From an uncultured Nitrospinaceae bacterium (GTDB lineage Bacteria; UBA8248): a stretch of DNA of 64,000 bases. The notes beneath the pieces are model-generated. The model was not told the origin of the DNA. It saw nothing but the letters and a program-made list of their open reading frames with translations, and did not search any database. This document shows positions 30,169-40,914 of the stretch, piece after piece. Location: NCBI GenBank assembly GCA_964005815.1, contig CAXFSR010000017.1, positions 128,001 through 192,000 of the forward strand, read 5' to 3'. How positions within the stretch are numbered: position 1 is the stretch's first letter; every line of letters starts with the position of its first letter. A program made the position numbers and the translations under genes.

Positions 30169-30531
30169 GTGGACCCATATGTTTTTCTTCTGCTTGCAAT
30201 AGGTGTGATTGTAGGAGCCATTAATTCTGCAACTGGTATAGGATGGGGAATTATCAATGTTCCAATTCTCCTCTCTCTTCCATTCCTGAACACAAAACAG
30301 GCAATCTCTCTTTCCGTTCTAGCTGCTTTATTTGTAAATGCAATGGCTTCCTTTGAAAATCTTAGAAGAGGTTATATTGTCTGGCAATATCTAATTTGGA
30401 TAGCAGCCGGTGGTATTTTAGGAGGATATATAGGTGCATACTTGTTGAGTATCGTTTCTCCTCATATTATAAAAAAAACAGTTGCCATTCTCTGTATCGG
30501 AGTTGGAATAAAACTTCTTTTTGATAGATAG
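30169..30531 (+). CDS. Half-size TauE/SafE (TSUP) family membrane protein
   Basis: GAINSATGIGWGIINVPIL...AISLS...GGILGGYIGA pattern; GGAGG RBS before GTG. Confidence 0.78.
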   Translation: MDPYVFLLLAIGVIVGAINSATGIGWGIINVPILLSLPFLNTKQAISLSVLAALFVNAMASFENLRRGYIVWQYLIWIAAGGILGGYIGAYLLSIVSPHIIKKTVAILCIGVGIKLLFDR

Positions 30532-30545
30532 AATCGCCTTATTAG

Positions 30546-31316
30546 TTAAATTGGATGCTCTATTTCAATACATAATGTCTCTACCGTATCAATCAGTAGT
30601 TTTATATCTTGTGGCCTTGAAAGCCTGTGATCACCCTCTTTCACTAAAGTTAGATTCACATTTTCACCTTTATAGGAATCCAAAAGTTTTTCTGAATATT
30701 TCCATGGAACGTCTAAATCCTTAACTCCATGGATTAAGCGAAGTGGACACCGCAAAGAAATTTCATTGTCTAAAAGTAAATGCTTTCTTCCTTCTTCTAT
30801 TAACTCTCTGGTAATCGCGTAAGGTTCCTCAGAGTACTCAGAATTTAAATGTAAAATACCCTCTTTATATATTTCTTCTTGCTGATTCTCCGAGAACTGA
30901 TTCCAAATCAGATCTTCTGTAAAATCGGGCGCCGAAGCAACACCGACAATGCCGTAAATTTCTTTTGGTCTGGCCAAAGCACACAATAAGGATATCCATC
31001 CTCCCATACTAGAACCGACTAGGACTTGAGGCCCTATTGCAACTTCATCTAGAACTTCTATGGCGTCATCCGTCCAACTCCCAATAGTTCCTTCGTTAAA
31101 ATCACCAGAAGAAGAACCATGTCCTGTATAATCAAATTTTACGAAACTTCTTCCTACTGCCTTGCAGTGTAATTCTAAAGAACAGGCTTTTGTGCCTTCC
31201 ATATCAGAACGAAATCCACCTAAAAACATCACCCCTGGAGAACGTCCATCATAACTGCGATAAGCAATCTGTTTATGATCTTTGGATTCGATAAAAGGAT
31301 ATTTTTCTTCGCTCAT
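30546..31316 (-). CDS. Alpha/beta hydrolase (ABHD10-like)
   Basis: GFRSDMEGTKA, FDYTGHG, GSSMGG and GDHRLS motifs. Confidence 0.9.
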   Translation of the reverse strand: MSEEKYPFIESKDHKQIAYRSYDGRSPGVMFLGGFRSDMEGTKACSLELHCKAVGRSFVKFDYTGHGSSSGDFNEGTIGSWTDDAIEVLDEVAIGPQVLVGSSMGGWISLLCALARPKEIYGIVGVASAPDFTEDLIWNQFSENQQEEIYKEGILHLNSEYSEEPYAITRELIEEGRKHLLLDNEISLRCPLRLIHGVKDLDVPWKYSEKLLDSYKGENVNLTLVKEGDHRLSRPQDIKLLIDTVETLCIEIEHPI

Positions 31317-31325
31317 CGGAAAACT

Positions 31326-31877
31326 TCAGTCTGAAATTTGATTAGAGCATCTAGAAATCAATTCAGAAATTGACTCATTTATCCTATTCTCTAATTCTTT
31401 TTCGATTAGAATTTCTTGACCATCAAAAACTTTATGGATGCTTCCAATCGATATTTCTACAGGTAAAACATTCGCATTCACAACAGATAAAATCTCTTTC
31501 AAATGACGAATAGCGTTATTGGCACTTGGACCCATTGCTACACCAAACAAAGATACATTTTTCCCTTCCAGTGTGGAAGGATACCCCAAATTATCTATAA
31601 GCATTTTCAGACTACTACTAAGGCTACCGTGATATTCCGGTGTAACAAATAAAATTCCATCACAGGATAAAACTTTTTCTCGAAGGTATTCGGGATCATT
31701 TGAATCGTTTTCAATACCAGGAAGAGTTAGTTGGAAATTTTTTGGATGTATCCATTCGAAAACACAGTCTTTGCCTTCAAACTGAACAGAAATATACTGC
31801 ATCAGTTTATCTGTATTTGCATCTTTACGCAAACTTCCACTAATTCCAAGAATCATCGGTTTACTTTTTGTGGTCAT
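31326..31877 (-). CDS. NADPH-dependent FMN reductase
   Basis: GISGSLR and TPEYHGS...LKMLID motifs. Confidence 0.9.
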   Translation of the reverse strand: MTTKSKPMILGISGSLRKDANTDKLMQYISVQFEGKDCVFEWIHPKNFQLTLPGIENDSNDPEYLREKVLSCDGILFVTPEYHGSLSSSLKMLIDNLGYPSTLEGKNVSLFGVAMGPSANNAIRHLKEILSVVNANVLPVEISIGSIHKVFDGQEILIEKELENRINESISELISRCSNQISD

Positions 31878-31892
31878 GGCTTTTCCAAAAAA

Positions 31893-32975
31893 TCAAAGAA
31901 CTATAGGATCCATATCTTTTAAAAGGGGAAGAACTTCTCTTCCAAAAATTTCTGCCTCTTCTTTATGAGGCCAGCCATTCATAATGAAATGACGAATCCC
32001 AATGTCATAATATTCACGAATTGTGTTCGCAACCATATCTGGTGTTCCAACAAACATGGTTCCAGCACCTCCTCTTACTCTATTCACGCCCATCCACATA
32101 GTGTCTGTTAGCCAAAGGTTATCTCTGGAACCCATCTCATTTATTCGTTTCTGACCAACAGATTCAGTATTGTTTTTCATGTCGAACCAAAACCCAGTAT
32201 TTTTCAATTCGCTTTTATCTATGAGTCCTTCAGCAGCCTTTCTTGCCTCTTCCTTTGTCTCTCTAACACAAACCAAATGCCGAATTCCAAATTCAATAGG
32301 AGAATGTCTTTCATATTCTTTCGAAAGTTCTGTTACCTCTTTTATATCGCCAGATAGAGTTTTTGGTTCAGCAGCATACATCATATGAACATCAGCATAA
32401 CGAGCTGCAATTCTTTTTCCTGGGTCGGAACTTCCTGCAAGATAAATAGGTGGATTCGGAATCGTATCTCTATCGGGAAAAATACTGCAGTTTTCAACAG
32501 AAAAGAAATTTCCATCGTAATCTAATGGATCTTTGTTTCTCCAGAGACTGGTAACAATATCAAGAAATTCCTCAGTCCTTTTGTATCTGTCCTCATGAGG
32601 AAGTGGATCTCCATATCTTTTTTGATCTACCGGTGTACTCCCTGTAACAATATTAAGAGTACATCTCCCATTAGTAAGATAATCCAAACTATTGGCTTGT
32701 TGTGCGGCATAAACTGGACCTGTAATTCCAGGACGAAAAGCAACTAGAAATTTTATTTTTTTTGTTTTTGCAGCTACTGCGGACGCTACATTCCAGGCAT
32801 CTATACAATGAGTCCCACAAGGAACTAGTATATTTGCAAAACCAGACTCCTCGGCAGCAGAAGTCACTTCCGCCAAATAATCTAGTGTTGCAGGTCTATC
32901 AGGAACCTTTTGATTTACCTGACTGCCATCTCCTGCACGATGTGAACACAATGCCCAAATAAACTCTGTAGCCAT
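31893..32975 (-). CDS. LLM-class flavin-dependent monooxygenase (SsuD/SfnG-like)
   Basis: AEESGF, FLVAFRPG, LDYLTNGRCTLNIVTG, YLAGSS and VGTPDMVA motifs. Confidence 0.88.
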   Translation of the reverse strand: MATEFIWALCSHRAGDGSQVNQKVPDRPATLDYLAEVTSAAEESGFANILVPCGTHCIDAWNVASAVAAKTKKIKFLVAFRPGITGPVYAAQQANSLDYLTNGRCTLNIVTGSTPVDQKRYGDPLPHEDRYKRTEEFLDIVTSLWRNKDPLDYDGNFFSVENCSIFPDRDTIPNPPIYLAGSSDPGKRIAARYADVHMMYAAEPKTLSGDIKEVTELSKEYERHSPIEFGIRHLVCVRETKEEARKAAEGLIDKSELKNTGFWFDMKNNTESVGQKRINEMGSRDNLWLTDTMWMGVNRVRGGAGTMFVGTPDMVANTIREYYDIGIRHFIMNGWPHKEEAEIFGREVLPLLKDMDPIVL

Positions 32976-33014
32976 CCATAATTCCTTTAAATTCGAAAAA
33001 AATCTTTGCCACGA

Positions 33015-33734
33015 TCAAAAAATCTTAAATATCTTATCCGAAAATGAACGCGAACCTTCATTTTCATCTAAACTTTTGATCATTTCCACAAAATAAAAAT
33101 GATGGAGAATCGGATTCACATCTATTTCAAATCGAAATGATTGAAATCCCTTTTTCCTAATCCAAACTCGATGCGAACCTATACTTAATTTCTTTGTTGA
33201 TATTTTCGCATCCGCTTTTCCCAAATACTTACTTCCTACAAAAATTTCAGCAGGAGAAGGAGAAATATGAAAAGTAATCATTCCTCTACTATTACTTCCT
33301 ATTGGCACAACAAAATTTGTTTTTTTTCTCAAAAGTCTAAAATGGAAAACCGTAGAAATCTTCTCAGGAAACCGTGCAGTTAACGTATGAGAACCAAATT
33401 TAATTCCCTTAAGAACAACAGGCTTTCCTTTCAGTGCTCTTCCACGATTCATGCCGTTAAAAAAAATCATTCCACCATGAGGTTTTGTATTTACACTCAC
33501 GCTCCCTCTTGGAACATCTATAATAGGATCATCTTGCATAAAAGGAATTTTTGATGCAATTTTGTCTACAACATCTCCTGGGGATAAACTAGGAATTTCT
33601 GGTGTAATTTTTTCTAATAGTTTCTTAGAATTCTCAAATCTTTCCGAACCACAACCGACAAAAGAAAACACAGAAATGAACACTACGGCAATAGAAAAGA
33701 ATGAAGTTTTGCTATAACAGAAAAGAAATTTCAT
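33015..33734 (-). CDS. PEGA-domain lipoprotein
   Basis: FVGC lipobox and two repeats: VNTKPHGGMIFFNG...GSHTL and ISPSPAEIFVG...GSHRV. Confidence 0.7.
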   Translation of the reverse strand: MKFLFCYSKTSFFSIAVVFISVFSFVGCGSERFENSKKLLEKITPEIPSLSPGDVVDKIASKIPFMQDDPIIDVPRGSVSVNTKPHGGMIFFNGMNRGRALKGKPVVLKGIKFGSHTLTARFPEKISTVFHFRLLRKKTNFVVPIGSNSRGMITFHISPSPAEIFVGSKYLGKADAKISTKKLSIGSHRVWIRKKGFQSFRFEIDVNPILHHFYFVEMIKSLDENEGSRSFSDKIFKIF

Positions 33735-33818
33735 TAAGAAACCTTAAAATGCTAAAATAAGAGAAATAAAAATATATATAGGAAGATAGCAAATAAAAGT
33801 GCGGAAAGGAACATAGAT

Positions 33819-35516
33819 ATGCAAGGCATAAAAAATCGCCTTACCGGAATGGGCGATAAAAAATTTAGTGCGTTTATTAGAAAAGCGTATGCAAAGGGAT
33901 TTGGACTCACGAATAAAGATCTAGATAGACCAATAATAGGAATCGCACAAACCTGGAGTGAACTTAATCCATGCCATAGACACCTTCGAGAGGTAGCAGA
34001 AGCTGTAAAACGTGGAGTATGGCAAGCCGGAGGTCTCCCTTTAGAATTTCCTACTATTTCTTTAGCAGAAATTTATATGTTTCCAACTTCAATGTTTTTC
34101 AGAAACCTGCTCTCCATGGATACAGAAGAAATGCTTAAAGGGCTTCCTCTGGATGGAACAATACTTTTGGGAGGTTGTGACAAAACTGTCCCTGCACAAC
34201 TCATGGGGGCTGCGAGTGCAGACATTCCATCTATGATAGTGACTGCAGGTCCAATGATTGGAGGTCATTACAAAGGAAAGAGAATTGGAGCATGTTCTGA
34301 CTGCAGAGGTCTTTGGAACGAACACAGAGCGGGAGTCTTTGATGACGAAAGCCTCGATGAGGTACAAGATGAGCTTTTCCCTTCTGCTGGAACATGCATG
34401 GTGATGGGAACTGCATGCACCATGGCGTCTCTAGCGGAAGCAATGGGTATGATGTTACCAGGTATGGCTGCAATTCCAGCCGTGAATTCAAAAAGACTTC
34501 GATTGGCTGAAGAAAGCGGAAGACAAATCATGACTCTAATAGAAAAAGGGATTACTCCTTCAAAAATTATCACTAAAGAATCCTTTGAAAATGCTATTAG
34601 AATTCTAATGGCTGTTGGCGGATCAACTAACGCAGTTGTTCATCTTCCTGCTATAGCAGGAAGATTAGGAATTGATCTTCCTCTGGAATTATTTGATGAA
34701 CTATCTAAATCTACTCCACTTATTGTTGATATTAGGCCATCTGGAGAAAAATATTTAATGGAAGACCTCGCGGCAGCAGGTGGCATCCCCTGTGTAATGA
34801 AAGAATTAGAAACCCTTTTACATGGTGATTGCATTACGGTCACGGGAAAATCTATTTCTGAAAATTTAGAAAATATTAAAGGCCCTGAAAATTGGCAAGA
34901 TGTTATTTACAAAAGAGAAAAACCTATATCACCAGAAGGTGGACTCGTAGTTTTATATGGAAGTCTTGCTCCAGATGGTGCTGTTTTAAAAGTTTCTGCA
35001 GCTGACCCTAAAAAATTGCAGCACAAGGGGAAAGCCGTTGTTTTTAAATCTCAAGAAGATATGGACAAAAGAATCGATGACCCTGACTTACCTGCAACTA
35101 AAGATAGCGTCTTTGTACTTCAAAATTCAGGTCCAATAGGAGCTCCCGGGTTCCCAGAAGCGGGTTTCTTGCCTATTCCTAAAAAACTCTTAGAAGCAGG
35201 AGTCAGAGATATAGTTAGAATTTCTGATGCACGAATGAGTGGAACTTCTGGAGGAACAACAATTTTACATGTCGCACCAGAAGCTGCGAAAGGAGGTCCT
35301 CTCGCATTAGTTGAAGATGGAGATATGATAGAACTTGATGTGCCAAACAGAAAACTCAACTTACTCGTAGAAAAGGAGGAACTAGAAAACAGAAAACAAA
35401 ATTGGAATCCTCCAAAACCTCAATATAATAGAGGTTATGGAAAGATTTTTCTCGATCATGTCTTACAAGCTCCACAGGGATGCGACTTTGATTTCTTACA
35501 AAAAGAGCCTGAATAA
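33819..35516 (+). CDS. IlvD/Edd-family dehydratase (sugar-acid dehydratase-like)
   Basis: NPCHRHL, GGCDKTVPA, GTCMVMGTACTM, GPIGAPGFPE and SDARMSGT motifs. Confidence 0.9.
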   Translation: MQGIKNRLTGMGDKKFSAFIRKAYAKGFGLTNKDLDRPIIGIAQTWSELNPCHRHLREVAEAVKRGVWQAGGLPLEFPTISLAEIYMFPTSMFFRNLLSMDTEEMLKGLPLDGTILLGGCDKTVPAQLMGAASADIPSMIVTAGPMIGGHYKGKRIGACSDCRGLWNEHRAGVFDDESLDEVQDELFPSAGTCMVMGTACTMASLAEAMGMMLPGMAAIPAVNSKRLRLAEESGRQIMTLIEKGITPSKIITKESFENAIRILMAVGGSTNAVVHLPAIAGRLGIDLPLELFDELSKSTPLIVDIRPSGEKYLMEDLAAAGGIPCVMKELETLLHGDCITVTGKSISENLENIKGPENWQDVIYKREKPISPEGGLVVLYGSLAPDGAVLKVSAADPKKLQHKGKAVVFKSQEDMDKRIDDPDLPATKDSVFVLQNSGPIGAPGFPEAGFLPIPKKLLEAGVRDIVRISDARMSGTSGGTTILHVAPEAAKGGPLALVEDGDMIELDVPNRKLNLLVEKEELENRKQNWNPPKPQYNRGYGKIFLDHVLQAPQGCDFDFLQKEPE

Positions 35517-35548
35517 GAACTATTTAAAATTTAACACGAAAGCCAAAA

Positions 35549-36220
35549 ATGTGTGGTAGATATTCTCTTTCAGAACCAGAACATTGTATTCATAAGTTAA
35601 CTGGCTTCTCTAGAGGAAAAACAATAGAACCAAATTTCAATATCTGTCCTGGGACACATGTTCCGGCCCTGCTAGGCATGGAAGAAAAGAAACCTATTCT
35701 TTCACTTTTGCAATGGGGATTGATTCCATTTTGGGCAAAAGAGAATAAAACTCTTCCTTCTTTGATTAATGCCCGCGTAGAAACTATTACTGAAAAACCT
35801 TCTTTTAGAACTCCATTTCGCTACAGAAGATGTCTCCTCCCAGCAGATGGTTTTTTTGAGTGGAAAAAAGAAAATAGAGAAAAAATACCTTATTTTATCT
35901 CTCTGAAAAACAAAAATCCTTTTTTCTTTGCAGGAATTTGGGATCAGTGGGTCTCAGAACAAGGGATCGAAAAACAAACTTTCGCTATTCTTACTACAAA
36001 AGCAAAAGGTCATATTTCAAACATACACGAAAGAATGCCAGTAATTTTCTCAGGTAGTAAAAACAAAGATTGGTTGAATCCAGAAATTAATTCACCAAAA
36101 AAAGTACAAGGAATTCTAGAGACCTCAACAGAAATTTCTTTTGAAATAAATAGGGTAAGTAAGTACGTAAACAATCCCAGAAATAACGGGATTGAATGCA
36201 TTACTTCTGTTACAGCTTGA
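35549..36220 (+). CDS. SOS response-associated peptidase (SRAP/YedK family)
   Basis: N-terminal MCGRY, WGLIPFW, INARVET, GFFEW and IHERMPV motifs. Confidence 0.93.
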   Translation: MCGRYSLSEPEHCIHKLTGFSRGKTIEPNFNICPGTHVPALLGMEEKKPILSLLQWGLIPFWAKENKTLPSLINARVETITEKPSFRTPFRYRRCLLPADGFFEWKKENREKIPYFISLKNKNPFFFAGIWDQWVSEQGIEKQTFAILTTKAKGHISNIHERMPVIFSGSKNKDWLNPEINSPKKVQGILETSTEISFEINRVSKYVNNPRNNGIECITSVTA

Positions 36221-36243
36221 AAAAGACTTTTATTGGAATTAAC

Positions 36244-36990
36244 TTATTTTCCTGAAAGTGTTGCGCTGATAAATTCTCGATTCATCTTTGCTATATGACT
36301 AATACTTATTTCTTTTGGACAAGCGGCTTCACATTCAGCATGATTAGTACAGTTTCCGAATCCTTCACTATCCATCTGACCAACCATTTTAAGAACACGT
36401 TGTTTGCGTTCAGGATGACCCTGAGGAAGATTTGCTAAATGAGAAACTTTAGCAGAAACAAACAACATCGCGGAACCATTCGGACAAGAGGCAACACAAG
36501 CTCCACATCCAATACATTGTGCAGCATCCATAGCTAAATCAGAATCCTGTTTAGGAACTAGGATAGAATTTCCGTCAGGAGCACTTCCTGAATTAGCAGA
36601 AATATAGCCACCTTTTTGAATAATTCTGTCAAAAGAAGAACGATCAACTATCAAATCTTTAATTACAGGAAAAGCTTTGGATCTAAAAGGTTCAATGGTA
36701 ATCGTATCCCCATCCTTAAAAAACCGCATATGTAACTGACAAGTCGTCGTACCCTTATTACCACCATGTGCCTTTCCGTTAATTACGAGAGAACACATTC
36801 CACATATTCCTTCTCTACAGTCATAATCAAAAGCAATTGGTTCTTTGCCATCAAGAATCAACTGTTCATTTGTCACATCTAGCATTTCGAGAAAGGACAT
36901 TTCTTGTATGATATTATCAACTTCATATGTCTCGAAATCTCCTTTTTCTTGAGTATTCTTTTGACGCCAGACACGTAGAGTCAATTTCAT
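36244..36990 (-). CDS. sdhB: Succinate dehydrogenase/fumarate reductase Fe-S subunit
   Basis: [22 protein letters not shown] and [12 protein letters not shown] motifs. Confidence 0.95.
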   Translation of the reverse strand: MKLTLRVWRQKNTQEKGDFETYEVDNIIQEMSFLEMLDVTNEQLILDGKEPIAFDYDCREGICGMCSLVINGKAHGGNKGTTTCQLHMRFFKDGDTITIEPFRSKAFPVIKDLIVDRSSFDRIIQKGGYISANSGSAPDGNSILVPKQDSDLAMDAAQCIGCGACVASCPNGSAMLFVSAKVSHLANLPQGHPERKQRVLKMVGQMDSEGFGNCTNHAECEAACPKEISISHIAKMNREFISATLSGK

Positions 36991-38903
36991 TATTTATAAC
37001 TCCTTACACTTGGTTGTACTGATTCGAATTCTAACTCTTCTTTATGAAGTTCAGGAACTTTAGATTCTCCTTTATATTCCCATGCTGAAACATGTGAGAA
37101 ATTCTCATCATCTCTCAGTGCCTCTCCTTCTTCAGTCTGATGCTCTTCTCTAAAATGTCCACCACATGACTCTTCCCTACTGAGAGCATCCCTACACATC
37201 AGTTCCCCAAAATCTAGAAAATCCGCAACTCTAGCTGCTTTTTCAAGTTCTCCATTATTTTCACTACCTGCCCCAGGAACATGAACATTTTGCCAGAACT
37301 CCTCTTTCAAAGCAGGAATTAAATTTAGAACTTTCTCCAAACCTTCTTTCGTTCTTGACATCCCACAATATTCCCAACAAAGCAGACCAAGTTCTCTATG
37401 GAAAGAAGTAACTGTTCGTTTCCCTTTCACATTAAGCAGACGGTCTAAATGGGAATTTACACCATTTAGTGCTTCTTTGAACTCGTCTTTTTCGTTCGTT
37501 ATCTCTCCATATTTCTCTCCTGCCAGATAATTACTTACAGTATATGGAGCAACAAAATATCCATCTGCCAACCCTTGCATCAATGCACTTGCACCAAGTC
37601 TATTAGCACCATGATCTGAAAAATTAGCTTCTCCAAGAACAAAAAGCCCAGGGATATTACTCATTAAATTATAATCTACCCAGAGACCTCCCATTGTATA
37701 ATGCACAGCAGGATAAATTCTCATAGGAACGCTATATGCATTCTCTCCAGTAATTTTCTCATACATATCGAAAAGGTTTCCGTATCTCTGTTTGACAAGA
37801 TCCAGACCTAGTCTTTCAATAGAATCCCTGAAATCAAGATACACACCTAAACCTGTATCACCAACGCCTCTACCTTCATCGCACGCACGCTTAGCAGCTC
37901 TAGATGAAATATCTCTTGGAGCTAAGTTTCCAAAACTAGGATACATACGTTCAAGGTAATAGTCGCGCTCATCCTCAGGAATCTCATCAGGATGACGTTT
38001 GTCACCAGCTGTCTTAGGCGCCCAAACACGTCCATCATTTCTCAAAGATTCTGACATTAATGTGAGTTTTGATTGATGATCTCCGGTTACCGGAACACAA
38101 GTCGGATGAATCTGCGTATAACAAGGATTTGCGAAACCAGCCCCTTTCTTATACGCCTTAATTGTAGCACTTACATTGTTTCCCATTGCATTAGTAGAAA
38201 GATAAAAAACGGGGCCGTATCCACCTGTTGCTAAGATAACTGCATCTGCAGCATGAGCCTCTAACTCTCCAGAAACTAAATTTCTAGTAATAATTCCTTT
38301 TGCTTTTCCGTCTACAAGAACTAAATCTTGCATTTCTGTCCTGGTATGCATACGGACCTGACCAGTCTCAATCTGCCTACTTAATGCAGCATATACACCG
38401 AGGAGTAATTGCTGGCCTGTTTGTCCTCTCGCATAGAAAGTTCTAGAAACCTGCGCTCCACCAAAAGAACGATTTGCAAGCTGACCACCATATTCACGTG
38501 CGAAAGGAACACCCATAGCAACACATTGGTCAATAATGTTTGCACTTACCTGGGCTAGACGATATACATTCGCTTCACGTGAGCGAAAATCTCCACCCTT
38601 AATTGTATCGTAGAAAAGTCGATAAATACTATCACCATCATTTTGATAATTTTTTGCAGCATTAATACCACCCTGGGCTGCTATACTGTGCGCTCTTCTT
38701 GGGCTATCCTGAAAACAAAAACAATCTACATTATATCCAAGTTCACCGAGTGAAGCTGCCACTCCTCCTCCTGCAAGTCCCGAACCAACAACAATGACTC
38801 TATACCTTCTTTTATTAGCAGGATTAACGAGTTTCATATCAAAACGACTATTATCCCACTTATTCTCTAAAGGTCCTGAGGGTATATTCGAATCTATTTT
38901 CAT
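36990..38903 (-). CDS. sdhA: Succinate dehydrogenase/fumarate reductase flavoprotein subunit
   Basis: [24 protein letters not shown] and [11 protein letters not shown] motifs. Confidence 0.96.
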   Translation of the reverse strand: MKIDSNIPSGPLENKWDNSRFDMKLVNPANKRRYRVIVVGSGLAGGGVAASLGELGYNVDCFCFQDSPRRAHSIAAQGGINAAKNYQNDGDSIYRLFYDTIKGGDFRSREANVYRLAQVSANIIDQCVAMGVPFAREYGGQLANRSFGGAQVSRTFYARGQTGQQLLLGVYAALSRQIETGQVRMHTRTEMQDLVLVDGKAKGIITRNLVSGELEAHAADAVILATGGYGPVFYLSTNAMGNNVSATIKAYKKGAGFANPCYTQIHPTCVPVTGDHQSKLTLMSESLRNDGRVWAPKTAGDKRHPDEIPEDERDYYLERMYPSFGNLAPRDISSRAAKRACDEGRGVGDTGLGVYLDFRDSIERLGLDLVKQRYGNLFDMYEKITGENAYSVPMRIYPAVHYTMGGLWVDYNLMSNIPGLFVLGEANFSDHGANRLGASALMQGLADGYFVAPYTVSNYLAGEKYGEITNEKDEFKEALNGVNSHLDRLLNVKGKRTVTSFHRELGLLCWEYCGMSRTKEGLEKVLNLIPALKEEFWQNVHVPGAGSENNGELEKAARVADFLDFGELMCRDALSREESCGGHFREEHQTEEGEALRDDENFSHVSAWEYKGESKVPELHKEELEFESVQPSVRSYK

Positions 38904-38915
38904 TCTGCAACCTCT

Positions 38916-39599
38916 CTAAGGGAGTTTCAAAAGTCCAGCAATAACGGATAAAGGAATAGAAATAAAACCTACAGAAATCAAAAACGCCAACAAGGAACCC
39001 ACTTTTTTCAGAGCTGTATTCTCAGCGTAATTTGCTATTCCTAATGTTTGAAAAAGACTGGAAATTCCGTGATTTAAATGCAATCCAAGAAGAATCATTG
39101 CAACTATATAAACAATTGAGACTGTTACATTAGAAAAACCAATGACAATCATTTTATACACGTCAAATCTTCCCTGCGAATCTACTAGCGAACCGAACTC
39201 TGGATTTGTGATATGCAAGGTGAAGTGCAACAAATGATATATTACAAAAACAAGAACTAAGGAACCACTTAAAATCATAGATTTCGCTGAAATTGAAGTA
39301 GTCATAGACTCTAACTCCGAATAATCGTTAGGTCTTGCACTTTTATTAATCCTCCAAAGCCTTACAGCAGAAGCAATGTGGATAATAAAAACGACTAAGA
39401 GGCCAATTCTGGCAACCCAAAGAAGGCCACCAAGATCTTTTAAACTCTGTGCATATGCATTTGCGGCTTCTGGTCCAAGAAACACAAGAAGGTTTCCTGA
39501 AACATGAGCAATCACGAAAAGAAACAGAAGAAGTCCTGAGACTGCCATTACTAATTTAGTTCCAATGGAAGATTGGAACAGAAGCGTTACACGGCTCAT
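38916..39599 (-). CDS. sdhC: Succinate dehydrogenase cytochrome b subunit (5-TM type)
   Basis: KLVMAVSG, four His heme ligands in TM helices, and operon position. Confidence 0.92.
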   Translation of the reverse strand: MSRVTLLFQSSIGTKLVMAVSGLLLFLFVIAHVSGNLLVFLGPEAANAYAQSLKDLGGLLWVARIGLLVVFIIHIASAVRLWRINKSARPNDYSELESMTTSISAKSMILSGSLVLVFVIYHLLHFTLHITNPEFGSLVDSQGRFDVYKMIVIGFSNVTVSIVYIVAMILLGLHLNHGISSLFQTLGIANYAENTALKKVGSLLAFLISVGFISIPLSVIAGLLKLP

Positions 39600-39763
39600 T
39601 AAAACTCCACAAAAAACAAGTTTCGGTCTAATTGGCTATATCATAAAAACAAGAAAAAAATGTATAGTGGATGAATTACTAGGTCAACTGCGTTTATAAT
39701 AAAAAATAAAAAAATTATCCAAGTTAGTAAGTTAACTTTCTAAAAAATGATATTGAGGAAGCA

Positions 39764-40894
39764 ATGCAAATACCATATGACGAAAAAAAATTTGATTCTC
39801 TCATGGATGACTCTGGAATTGATCTTGTCCTTGCAAATACAAGACAAAACATTCGATATCTATCCGGTGGATATTTCTTTCACTTTCATGAAAGGTTTAC
39901 TGCTTTCGGTGAAAGTCAATACACTCCTTTGGTTGGAGTCCCGAAAGGTAAACAAGACCAGTCTTTCTACATAGGCCATCAAAATGAATCCGGCCAAGCT
40001 ACGGAGGAAAATTTGTGGTTCACAAACAGAATTAACTGTCAAAGAGTAACGTCTGTTTCAGGAGAAAATGCAGCAATCGCGATTAAAAAATTAGGTCTTG
40101 AAAAAGGTACTATAGCAGTAGAAAAAGATTTTCTTCCCTCAAGCGCTCTGGATACAATGAGAAAAGAACTTCCTGATGCAAATTTTGTTGAAGCACTTTA
40201 TGTTCTAGAAGAACTTAGAGCAGTAAAATCAGATGAAGAAATTGAACTTATGCGCAGAATTACAGAGGCAGATGCCGAAGCTATTGAACTCGGGTTTCAA
40301 TCTGGAAAAGGTGGAACTACTACTAAAGAAATTGCGCAAACAGTCGAAAGAGAACTTACCAATAGAGGAGTTTGTTTTCTGTGGGTTTTCACTTCTGCTG
40401 GCACAAAAATGCTTCGTGCCCCATCCAATAAAACTTGGGAAATAGGAGAAGTCCTTCATCTAGATGCAGGAGGTTCAGAAAACGATTATCTCACGGATGT
40501 TTGTAGAATGGGTGTCCGCGGAGAACCATCGAAACAAGCTTCGGATGTATATACAAGTTGTCTTGCTATTCAGGATGAGGTTCGTTCTGTAATACGAAAA
40601 GGGGAACACTACAATACAATTTATAATCTTGGAGAAAAACTGGTAGAAGAATCTGGGCACGGAAGTTACGGCTCTTTCATAATTCATGGAGTTGGATTGA
40701 TTTCCCATGAACAGCCTAGATTCGGCCCGGATATAGAAAGAGAACTAGAAAGTGGAATGATGATTTCTATAGAAACAGACATAAGACATCCAGAAGTTGG
40801 ATATGTAAAATTAGAAGACACTGTAGTTGTAACAGATACAGGATGCGAAGGACTTGGCGACGCAGGAAGGGAGTTTTATACAATCATCGAATAA
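39764..40894 (+). CDS. M24-family (Xaa-Pro peptidase-like) metallohydrolase
   Basis: LRAVKSDEEI, D...YLTDVCR, HGVGLISHEQP, ISIE and KLEDTVVVT motifs. Confidence 0.88.
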   Translation: MQIPYDEKKFDSLMDDSGIDLVLANTRQNIRYLSGGYFFHFHERFTAFGESQYTPLVGVPKGKQDQSFYIGHQNESGQATEENLWFTNRINCQRVTSVSGENAAIAIKKLGLEKGTIAVEKDFLPSSALDTMRKELPDANFVEALYVLEELRAVKSDEEIELMRRITEADAEAIELGFQSGKGGTTTKEIAQTVERELTNRGVCFLWVFTSAGTKMLRAPSNKTWEIGEVLHLDAGGSENDYLTDVCRMGVRGEPSKQASDVYTSCLAIQDEVRSVIRKGEHYNTIYNLGEKLVEESGHGSYGSFIIHGVGLISHEQPRFGPDIERELESGMMISIETDIRHPEVGYVKLEDTVVVTDTGCEGLGDAGREFYTIIE

Positions 40895-40914
40895 ATCTAT
40901 AGAAGGAGTCTCCG

